This document shows positions 1-7,174 of a DNA stretch of 25,253 nt, in pieces. The notes under the pieces were generated by a model, which was given only the letters and a program-made list of their open reading frames with translations, did no database searches and had not been told where the DNA came from. A program made the translations under genes and the position numbers. Each line of letters starts with the position of its first letter. The stretch's first letter is position 1. Source of the DNA: Candidatus Helarchaeota archaeon (GTDB taxonomy: Archaea; Asgardarchaeota; Lokiarchaeia; Helarchaeales; RDOG01); contig JALGVI010000044.1 in the NCBI GenBank assembly GCA_029838215.1, forward strand, positions 1 to 25,253, read 5' to 3'.

Positions 1-171
1 AGAGATTGCGCCAATTTCTGCAAGGTGAGTCATTCTTTCAAGCGTGCTACTGGCTTCATCTGATGCAATTAACAAGCCGTCTTCCGTGATCAATGTTGCG
101 CTTGAAATTCCCGTATTAGATTTCAATCCATTTAGTATTTCTTGTAATGGCTTCTCGGCTAGCAATTTCAT
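1..171 (-). CDS. Roadblock/LC7 (MglB-like) protein, N-terminal part; gene continues beyond the left edge of the window
   Basis: Not in the ORF track. Manual translation from ATG 171: MKLLAEKPLQEILNGLKSNTGISSATLITEDGLLIASDEASSTLERMTHLAEIGAIS. This has the roadblock pattern (helix, 'SATLITEDGLLIAS' beta-hairpin, helix). The ATG overlaps the TGA of the upstream GTPase (ATGA at 168-171). Confidence 0.85.
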   Translation of the reverse strand, partial: MKLLAEKPLQEILNGLKSNTGISSATLITEDGLLIASDEASSTLERMTHLAEIGAIS

Positions 172-707
172 AATATTTCCTCCATTACAGATATTGCTTC
201 TTGACTAACGATTTCTCCGGTGATCATTCTAAGGAGCTGGATGATGGCTTCCTTGATGCCGAAATTATTTCTTGCAGAGCCACCACGTGTTTTTTCCTTG
301 ATCAAGTCAGATATTTCTTCAGGTGTAATGGCTTCTTCTAGGTCCTGCTTGTTAGCCACGACGACCATTGGAACGTTTTCACCCAGCATGCACTTGCATT
401 CTGCAATCAGCGTCAATGCATTTCCAATGGAATTGGGATCGGAGCTATCGATGACAAACAGGACGCCATCGCTACCACGTGCTACCATGTTCCTTACATC
501 CTTGAAGTGGAGCTGTCCTGGACTTCCCTTGATTTCTATTTTTTTAATGAGCCAACCAGCATATTCGCTTTTTTCTTTCAGGAATTCATCGAGACTCATA
601 ATTACTCCTTCGGAGTTTTCGTTTGGGCGGGCCCAGATGAGGTGTCCAAGGTCGAAACCAACGGTCGTGGATGTTTTTTCGCCCCGGTACAATTGCCGGA
701 GAATCAT
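168..707 (-). CDS. MglA/ATP_bind_1-like small GTPase lacking a recognisable G1 P-loop
   Basis: G2-like TTVGFDLG, G3-like GSPGQLHF, 'DGVLFVIDS', G4 NKQD and G5-like GSAR are present. There is no GxxxxGK[ST]. An in-frame TAA lies at 717-719, just upstream of the ATG. Confidence 0.8.
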   Translation of the reverse strand: MILRQLYRGEKTSTTVGFDLGHLIWARPNENSEGVIMSLDEFLKEKSEYAGWLIKKIEIKGSPGQLHFKDVRNMVARGSDGVLFVIDSSDPNSIGNALTLIAECKCMLGENVPMVVVANKQDLEEAITPEEISDLIKEKTRGGSARNNFGIKEAIIQLLRMITGEIVSQEAISVMEEIL

Positions 708-780
708 AGTTCTTTTTTAACAAGGACTTTTTGCCTCCTTCCTGTGTAAGAATATTAAATAAATAAAAAAATTTGGGTTT

Positions 781-1146
781 TTAACCAAGTGTTTGCTTGA
801 TTTTTTCCAGAGCTTGTCCTATCTCGAAATCCAACAACCCGATCTTGGCATCGGATGGTGCAAGTGCGATCAGAAGTGAGTTTTTCAAAGAGTTTAGAAG
901 AATAATTCGATTGGTTCCGGTCAAGACCATCTGACCTAAATCACCAATTTTTAAGGTTCCTCCAACTCTTGTTCCCACGGATGTCAGTGCTGCTGCCATT
1001 GCAGAAACGGCTTTTTCATCGATATCAGAATGTAATGCTGAGGACATCATTTGACCTTTTTGAGTGACAATGGCACTTCCATCTATCGAGGTGTTTTTCT
1101 CCAATTCTTTCAAGATTTGATTAAGTTTTTGGGATTTAGCACTCAT
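781..1146 (-). CDS. Roadblock/LC7 (MglB-like) domain protein
   Basis: 121 aa with the classic pattern 'LNQILKELEKNTSIDGSAIVTQKGQMMSS...AVSAMAAALTSVG...GDLGQMVLTG...LLIALAPSDAKIGLL'. SD-like GGTGA lies upstream of the ATG. Confidence 0.92.
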   Translation of the reverse strand: MSAKSQKLNQILKELEKNTSIDGSAIVTQKGQMMSSALHSDIDEKAVSAMAAALTSVGTRVGGTLKIGDLGQMVLTGTNRIILLNSLKNSLLIALAPSDAKIGLLDFEIGQALEKIKQTLG

Positions 1147-1157
1147 TTTTTATCACC

Positions 1158-1286
1158 TTATTTGTTTTCAAAATCATCACAGGTTTCTTGGGAAGTTTGC
1201 CCCACGTATATCTGTTTTTTATCACACCATGTTTGGCCATCGTCATTTTTTCCGCCAAAAAATTTACAATCCAAACAATCAACCAA
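1158..1286 (-). CDS. Small four-cysteine (putative metal-binding) protein, 42 aa
   Basis: Below the ORF-track cutoff. TTG start at 1286 preceded by GGAGTGA (SD-like). Translation MVDCLDCKFFGGKNDDGQTWCDKKQIYVGQTSQETCDDFENK, with C-X2-C-X13-C-X14-C. It fills the gap between its neighbours with 6 and 11 nt spacers. Confidence 0.75.
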   Translation of the reverse strand: MVDCLDCKFFGGKNDDGQTWCDKKQIYVGQTSQETCDDFENK

Positions 1287-1292
1287 TTTTTA

Positions 1293-1766
1293 TCACTCCA
1301 CGCTAATTGTCATTTTTTCAGAATTTTCTGCGGGAATAAATTCGTAATTTTCAATCGAGCATTTTTTACCCGATCCAGCCTCAACATAGGCGTGTAGCAT
1401 TGATACGATAGGTGTGGGAGGAATAAAACCCGCGGGCTTATCTTTTAAAAATATCTGATTGGCTTGATGTAATATAGAGTCGCCCATCTTTATGACGAAT
1501 TTATTCTCACTCATCTCTTCAATGCTTGCTCGCTGACAAATTCCTGTTTTTTTAATTCGGTCTATAAACGATTCGACAATGGACTTTACGTCGCTTCCCT
1601 CGATGTTTAGATTGAAATCTTCTTCTATCAAATGAGCTGCTTTTTCTTTAAAAGCTCGGGCCATTTGGACTAATACAAGATCAATGTCTAACCCCATATT
1701 TGCTAATGTTTCATTGTAAGCCACAACAACATAATTTACGAAGTCTAGTAATTTTCTATATTCCAT
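1293..1766 (-). CDS. V4R / Bet3(TRAPPC3)/H-NOX-like fold protein, apparently lacking the usual Cys ligands
   Basis: 157 aa. The segment 'KTGICQRASIEEMSENKFVIKMGDSILH...IPPTPIVSMLHAYVE...SIENYEF...MTISVE' follows the V4R-like layout, with S/T at positions where such proteins usually have Cys. Pattern match by eye only. Confidence 0.55.
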   Translation of the reverse strand: MEYRKLLDFVNYVVVAYNETLANMGLDIDLVLVQMARAFKEKAAHLIEEDFNLNIEGSDVKSIVESFIDRIKKTGICQRASIEEMSENKFVIKMGDSILHQANQIFLKDKPAGFIPPTPIVSMLHAYVEAGSGKKCSIENYEFIPAENSEKMTISVE

Positions 1767-2001
1767 TTTATATCAACCCTAATCATTTTAATTCCCGAAT
1801 GGGTTAGTTATAATAACTTAGAAAAAACAATAAAAATATGGCACCTATCTAATCAGATTACTAATTAACTCATTGACAATAATATGTCAGACATAAAATT
1901 CCATCTTGTTAAGAATTAAAAGATTGTTTGTAACTTATTGCGATTGTTACGAAATTCTACCACTTTTGTTGGGAAGTTCTATGTTATAATTCTTGATTAA
2001 T

Positions 2002-2009
2002 GTGATTTT
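2002..2009. repeat. Left copy of 8-bp target-site duplication GTGATTTT
   Basis: Identical to 3491-3498 and directly abuts the left TIR. Confidence 0.85.
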
Positions 2010-2033
2010 GAGAATTTTTCAATTCCTTTGATT

Positions 2034-3371
2034 TTACAAACTAGCCATCACCGCCTTAAAACCTTTCGACACAAATTGATTTGCCATCGCGGGAAGCAAG
2101 CACCCTCCCAGGGGTAACCGATGTAAGACTTGGGGACAGATCTTCAGCCCGGAGAGGGCGTCCTTCAAGATTTGAGGATTTGCGCGGATCGTGAAGAAAA
2201 AATTTATCGTTGAAATCCAGCCGCTTCTCGTCCGTTTGCCGCGAAAATCGATAAGTTTTTTAAGGATGCTGAACTCTTGTTCAATGAGGTTTGTCGTGAC
2301 GAATTTTCCATCAAACACGCAAGCCAAGTGTTCGAGGATTTCGGCAACCTCACGATTGGAGTTCCCGTAAACTCCAATCATCCCCTTTTCGCTGCAATAA
2401 TGGTAAACGTGGGTCGTTGCGTCTTTAAAAGGATCTTTTGGACCGCGTTTTTTTGGCTTCTTTTTCGCCTTCTTCTCGGCTTCGATTTCTTTTTTTGCTC
2501 GATTCTTTCCGCCCTTTTTTCGCCCGCGCTTCCCTTTTTCGTGCTTGACTTTCTCCGATTCGGATACCCGAACGAGAAACGTATTTTGATTTACAAAGAT
2601 GTCGTTTGTGGTTGCCACGTGAGTGGTCTTCACGCTTTTCTTGCCGTGCCGGATCAAGTCAATGCAGATCCTCCCGTAAGGCGGCTTGTGCACGTGCCTC
2701 ACGTGAACCAAATCGTATCCCAAGCCGGTTGCCACGCCCTTGTAGGTGGAAAAGTCATCGGTCACGAGAATCAGGATTTGATGCCCCAACCGGGCTTCTG
2801 CCCTCTTGACGATGTTTAGGATTTGGTCCTTCGTGTGTCGCTTGACAAGATCCCATGCCAAAACCTCTTTCTTGTCGTTGACAACGACGACCAGGTAAAA
2901 CTTGCGCCGATCAATGTTGATCCAAGTCTCATCGACAAAAAGCGCAATGGCCGTTTTGGGAGAAGTCCAGATTTGACACAGCGATTTCGAACCGTTCACC
3001 GCATTCATGATGGCTTGGAAAATCCGAGATAAGGCAGCATCGGAACAATTTAAGCTGGATTTCAGGGCTTCCTTATCAAATCTTCCATTCCGAAAAAACC
3101 TGAAGAAAAAATCCTGTAGATGAAGCTCAACTTCTTGAAAAAAAGCACTCGTATGCGCATAGAACGAAATATTGCAGTCCTTGCAGTAGAAATATTGCGG
3201 GCTTGCCTTTACTGACGTGTCGTGTCCGTTCCGCACCAGATTTTCGGACTTGCAGCCTCTTGAGGAATTCGGGCAGAAAATGGGGATTTCTACCCGTGTA
3301 GCAATTTCATTTACCGTAATGGTAATGGTTTGGAAAAACTTTTTAGACATTATTTTCATGTCACCTGCCAA
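2034..3371 (-). CDS. DDE transposase, IS6/IS1-like, with N-terminal Zn ribbon and a large basic insertion
   Basis: InsA-like Zn ribbon CPNSSRGC...RNGH...QYFYCKDC. Catalytic triad motifs FVDETW, VTDDFSTY and TNLIEQEFSILK. Confidence 0.88.
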   Translation of the reverse strand: MAGDMKIMSKKFFQTITITVNEIATRVEIPIFCPNSSRGCKSENLVRNGHDTSVKASPQYFYCKDCNISFYAHTSAFFQEVELHLQDFFFRFFRNGRFDKEALKSSLNCSDAALSRIFQAIMNAVNGSKSLCQIWTSPKTAIALFVDETWINIDRRKFYLVVVVNDKKEVLAWDLVKRHTKDQILNIVKRAEARLGHQILILVTDDFSTYKGVATGLGYDLVHVRHVHKPPYGRICIDLIRHGKKSVKTTHVATTNDIFVNQNTFLVRVSESEKVKHEKGKRGRKKGGKNRAKKEIEAEKKAKKKPKKRGPKDPFKDATTHVYHYCSEKGMIGVYGNSNREVAEILEHLACVFDGKFVTTNLIEQEFSILKKLIDFRGKRTRSGWISTINFFFTIRANPQILKDALSGLKICPQVLHRLPLGGCLLPAMANQFVSKGFKAVMASL

Positions 3372-3450
3372 TAATTTGTTTTACCTTAAACTTTCGCCCT
3401 AAACCTTTATATCTCTTGCGGTCTACGATATTTTGGAAAAAGCAATTAGA

Positions 3451-3464
3451 TTTATATATTTTCG
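3451..3464 (-). promoter_or_regulatory. Candidate BRE-TATA promoter of the transposase, inside the IS end
   Basis: Minus strand reads CGAAAATATATAAA, i.e. a purine-rich BRE followed by a TATA box, about 80 nt upstream of the ORF start. Confidence 0.45.
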
Positions 3465-3490
3465 TCGGTCATGGGAAATTGAAAATTCTC

Positions 3491-3498
3491 GTGATTTT
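3491..3498. repeat. Right copy of 8-bp target-site duplication GTGATTTT
   Basis: Identical to 2002-2009 and directly abuts the right TIR. Confidence 0.85.
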
Positions 3499-3604
3499 CA
3501 AAATTGAAAAAAACTTCAAATATATGAATTGAGAATTTTTAAAAGATTTTTATCTTTAAGACTTAGAGAAGTTAAAAAACAATTAACTAATGATTAACCG
3601 ATGG

Positions 3605-4258
3605 TTATCCTATTTCAACGTGATTCAATTTGTTCTTATTGTTTGAATTGGGATATTGCAATAATGATCCTTTGTAATATATCGTGCTTGGGCATCCTGA
3701 ACAGGGTTTTTCATGATGCACGCATTTATCACATCGTTTCCCACACGGTGCAACGATTTTATCCCTTGAAAAAAGATTCTTTCGAATTGTTATGAATTTT
3801 GGGAACAGTAATGCACATGACGGATCTATTACCAGCTTACTTATCCGAGAATCGCTCTGCATTTGAGGAATTATTGGTAATGTGAGAAAAGAGTCTTCAA
3901 GGTTAAATTCATTTTTTTCGTAAAACTGAACGACCTGCAATTGGTTTGAAGTTGTTATATATAATAAAAATACCGTTCTAGGACAATTCATAAAATGATT
4001 TTTGAAAAAGGCAATATCCATTATGTTCTTTAATTGAATTTGAATATTGATGAATTCTGCATTAAGGATATTTTTATGGATGCACGTGTTAAATCTGAGT
4101 TTATTATTATCAACCAATTTTTTTAAATTTTTTGAAACTGTTTGACGTGTCCGCCCTATATTCCTTGAAATTGTATTAATTGCCATCCTCGTGTCCTCTA
4201 CGAGTTCCCTAATTATGTCTTTCTCTGTTGTACTAACCTTAGAATGCTGTGATTTCAT
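3605..4258 (-). CDS. Lrp/AsnC-family transcriptional regulator with C-terminal Cys-rich (DUF3795-like) motif
   Basis: N-terminal wHTH 'EKDIIRELVEDTRMAINTISRNIGRTRQTVSKNLKKL', a RAM-like middle region, and a tail 'APCGKRCDKCVHHEKPCSGCP' (C-X3-C-X2-C-X6-C-X2-C). Confidence 0.8.
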   Translation of the reverse strand: MKSQHSKVSTTEKDIIRELVEDTRMAINTISRNIGRTRQTVSKNLKKLVDNNKLRFNTCIHKNILNAEFINIQIQLKNIMDIAFFKNHFMNCPRTVFLLYITTSNQLQVVQFYEKNEFNLEDSFLTLPIIPQMQSDSRISKLVIDPSCALLFPKFITIRKNLFSRDKIVAPCGKRCDKCVHHEKPCSGCPSTIYYKGSLLQYPNSNNKNKLNHVEIG

Positions 4259-4486
4259 TATGCATCATCTCCCGTTCTTTTTTTAATGCTAGGCATTAAT
4301 CGAGCATAAATGAACAATTGACACTATTCATCAAATAGGATTGAACAAATAATGTAATTACCACTCAATATTTTATACAATGTATATCTATATCTATAAA
4401 GAATCTAAGTATAGAATCGTCCTAATAAATTTATTGGTTGGATTAGATGATTTCTGGAAAGGAAAGAAAATAAGAAAGGCAGGAAG

Positions 4487-4981
4487 GTGAGACGACCTAA
4501 ATTGGAGTGGCGACCCGACATCTCCGTGCCCGCGATTCCCGTGCTGAGGCGGCACGTGTCAAGGAATGCGGTCACCAAGCCGCTCGGTGCGAAAGATGCT
4601 GGCGTGAAAGAGACGGTGCTGGGCACGGACGTGGGCAAGCCCGGAAAGCACGTTGTGATCCTTGCCACCGTGTCCAAAGCACTGAACGCCGACGACGAGT
4701 TGAGTCAAGCAAGAAAGCCCGGGGAGAAGATCGACACTTCCCGCAAGAACATTTCCGCAATACGGAAGGTGATGTTGCGGGCGGAGAAGCATAAACGCGC
4801 CGCGGGGGTTTCGCACCAGAAAACCGAGTTGTCGCTCCTGTACCACCGCAAGGGCAGGCTCAAGGCGGCACGGGACTCGTAAGCATCGAGAGACGTTGCC
4901 CACATGCTCGTCAGGGAGAAGCTGGACGCCCTTGTCGCCGAAGACCTGACCGTCGGGTCCGAGTCAATAGCTATGAGATAA
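4487..4981 (+). pseudogene. tnpB: Decayed TnpB-like (IS200/IS605/IS607) nuclease fragment
   Basis: GC-rich island. RuvC-I-like 'VLGTDVG'. After the in-frame TAA at 4880-4882 the same frame reads ASRDVAHMLVREKLDALVAEDLTV (RuvC-II 'H...v.EdL'). The Zn finger and RuvC-III are absent. Confidence 0.72.
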
Positions 4982-5092
4982 CTGTTGTTATAGCACGATG
5001 GAAAGGAAAGAGGTCTGCGTAACTGTTTCATTTGGCTTCGGCATTAAAAGCAGATGGAGGTAACTGGAATGTCTGAGAAAAAAATAGGGATT

Positions 5093-5191
5093 CTACAGCT
5101 GTTTCTTCATCTCGATAGCCGCCGCCATGCATTTTCCATTCAACTTTTGATTTTCAATGAATTTTTCGAGAAGATTGCTAGCCTCAACCAT
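5093..5191 (-). pseudogene. Short ORF or decayed gene start (32 aa), function unknown
   Basis: GGTGATAAAA-ATG start context, like the roadblock gene. Translation MVEASNLLEKFIENQKLNGKCMAAAIEMKKQL. Coding-looking sequence continues in another frame (LFFSQTFQLPPSAFNAEAK*NSYADLFPFHRAITTVIS) up to the tnpB island. Confidence 0.3.
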
Positions 5192-5487
5192 TTTTATCAC
5201 CGACAGTTCAAGAAAGATGAGGCTCTATAATCGCCCTTACTTTTCTAGTGCATTCATCTTCCCCTTCTCCGTTCTCCAACCTTAAAAAAAATCTATTTAT
5301 GAACGTAAAAATAGACTTAAAAGTTTGTTTGAGTTATTTCGACAAAATCAAAATATTAAAAAAAAGAAACCACTTAAGATTGATCAGCACTCATTGAAAT
5401 ACTCGCCCATAGAATAACTGCTTGACTAGTTTAGGGGAGTAATGAGATAAAATAAAAAGTTTGAAACAAGCCAAGCACCAGAAATAG

Positions 5488-5982
5488 GTGGAAAAAATGA
5501 TAGAGGTTCGGAGGTTTAAAAAAACGGACATTGAAGCCGCAAAAAGATTAATGGTTCAGCTTTGCGAGCTCACGAACACGGAATTCAATGAAGAAAGATG
5601 GTTATGGAGCATTAAAATGCGCCTTTATGACGCGTTAAAGAAAAATGGAATGTTCGTGGCAATGGAAAATGATAACTTGATCGGATTATTAATGGCAGAT
5701 ATTACCATCGAACCAACTGGTGCTTCGAATGGATACATAAAATCAGTCATTATTGATGAAAGAGCTCGAGGAAAGGGTGTCGGACAAAAACTCTTGAAAG
5801 AGGCGATTGATTATTTAACGACCATGGACGTTGATACGATTCTCGTGAATGTGCGGGGTGAGACTGAACGAGCACGAAAATTATACGAAAAAATGGGCTT
5901 TAAAGAGTTATATCGAGTTCTTCAATATACGGTTTCTAAATCAAAAGCAGGTGATCTGACACTTCCAAGCGATTATGTTTAA
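5488..5982 (+). CDS. GNAT-family N-acetyltransferase
   Basis: Motif A 'VIIDERARGKGVGQKLL' and motif B 'VRGETERARKLYEKMGF'. Confidence 0.92.
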   Translation: MEKMIEVRRFKKTDIEAAKRLMVQLCELTNTEFNEERWLWSIKMRLYDALKKNGMFVAMENDNLIGLLMADITIEPTGASNGYIKSVIIDERARGKGVGQKLLKEAIDYLTTMDVDTILVNVRGETERARKLYEKMGFKELYRVLQYTVSKSKAGDLTLPSDYV

Positions 5983-6009
5983 ATTTTAGTTTTCCATTTT
6001 TTTTCCAGA

Positions 6010-7002
6010 ATGCCAAAGCTTTATAGAATTTCTAAATCCGTGTACACGCTTCTTCCTCGCCGGGATGTTTTCTCAAACGCGAACGTGACGATAATTAAGG
6101 ATAAAAGAAACGCTTTGATCGATAGTGGCTCAGTCTCGGACCCGGGAACCCGTTATCTCACGCGAATTCTTAAGTCAATCGGAATTAACGACATTGATAA
6201 GATCATAATTACGCACTCCCACGTGGATCACTGTCAGAATGCAGGTAATTTAGCGGAAAAATTTGGGGCAGAAATAATCGCCCACGAGAATGCGGGTCCC
6301 ACCTTAAAACGCTCAAATGAAGTATCGGTCGAGACGTTTGAATTTTGGGAACTACTTGAAGATGCCTATCCTAAACTGGTAAACGGACGTTTTAACCGCA
6401 TCACCCGCCACTTGATAATTTTAGGTTACAAGCATCTCATTTATGGACGAGGAAAAAAAATTGATGATGTCACGTTCGTAAAAGATGGCGACATTATCAG
6501 AATAGGTGAAACAAATCTTGAAGTCATTTTCGTTCCAGGGCATAGCAACGATAGCATTTGCCTGCTTGACAGCAAGAAGAAAATCATTTATACAGGAGAC
6601 ATGATCGCATGGACACCATACATTCACACGAGCATAGAAGACTTTAGAAACTCCATAAAGAAAATTCTTACTCGTGCAAGTGAGGTAAAGGTAGCAGTGA
6701 GGGGTCACGGACGACCCCATAGATGGGAGGGTTTTGAGAAAGAAAACTATGAACAGTTCTTAAAGGACATGTATACTGCTGAAAGGCGGATTTTGGCATT
6801 GTTAAAGCAACATGGTGATTTAACTATTGATCAAATGATCTCAAGCGTTTTTAGGCGGACTCATTTAGTGCATCAATTGACATACAGGATTTTCATGAGG
6901 ACACAACAATTCTGGATTAGAAAATACCTGCAAGGTCTTCAAGAACGGGATTTGATAAAATCCTATAAAGAAAAAAGAACGATAAAATATTCACTCACAT
7001 GA
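6010..7002 (+). CDS. Metallo-beta-lactamase-fold hydrolase with C-terminal winged-helix-like domain
   Basis: THSHVDH, PGHSND, TGDMI and GHG metal ligands. C-terminal 'RILALLKQHGDLTIDQM...YLQGLQERDLI' wHTH-like segment. Confidence 0.9.
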   Translation: MPKLYRISKSVYTLLPRRDVFSNANVTIIKDKRNALIDSGSVSDPGTRYLTRILKSIGINDIDKIIITHSHVDHCQNAGNLAEKFGAEIIAHENAGPTLKRSNEVSVETFEFWELLEDAYPKLVNGRFNRITRHLIILGYKHLIYGRGKKIDDVTFVKDGDIIRIGETNLEVIFVPGHSNDSICLLDSKKKIIYTGDMIAWTPYIHTSIEDFRNSIKKILTRASEVKVAVRGHGRPHRWEGFEKENYEQFLKDMYTAERRILALLKQHGDLTIDQMISSVFRRTHLVHQLTYRIFMRTQQFWIRKYLQGLQERDLIKSYKEKRTIKYSLT

Positions 7003-7060
7003 TTTTCTCGAACGAGATGAGAAGTCTCAAATACTTCAAGTGGACATATTATTAAAAAAA

Positions 7061-7149
7061 GAACATGTTCATGCAAAAAAATATACTTGAATCAAGTCTT
7101 ATTGATTCAGCATCAAATAACATCGTTATTTTTCATCATTTATGAAAAA
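7061..7149. promoter_or_regulatory. Cluster of inverted repeats upstream of cooS (candidate operators)
   Basis: GAACATGTTC (7061-7070), TGAATCAA-N6-TTGATTCA (7088-7109), AAATAAC-N3-GTTATTT (7115-7131) and TTTTTCAT-N5-ATGAAAAA (7129-7149). Confidence 0.45.
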
Positions 7150-7174
7150 ACAAATTAAAGAGGTTTAAGAAAAA

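Larger units (their letters stand above)
2010..3490 (-). mobile_element. Complete IS1/IS6-like insertion sequence (1481 bp)
   Basis: Single DDE transposase ORF with visibly higher GC than its flanks. Imperfect TIRs at 2010-2031 (GAGAATTTTTCAATTCCTTTGA) and the reverse complement of 3469-3490 (GAGAATTTTCAATTTCCCATGA), 17/22 identical ungapped. Exact 8-bp direct repeats lie immediately outside both TIRs. Confidence 0.88.

Noticed and set aside
1806-1889. Dyads AGTTAT-A-ATAACT (1806-1818) and TGACA-N6-TGTCA (1874-1889) upstream of the V4R operon
   Set aside because: Short dyads in very AT-rich DNA with no second occurrence seen; chance cannot be excluded.
4374-4386. TATACA-A-TGTATA palindrome upstream of the Lrp-like gene
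   Set aside because: A single AT-rich dyad, plausible as an autoregulatory site but unsupported.
5069-5230. 53-aa plus-strand ORF with GGAGGT SD
   Set aside because: It is in-phase antisense to the minus-strand fragment and has the F/H/I-rich composition typical of a shadow frame.
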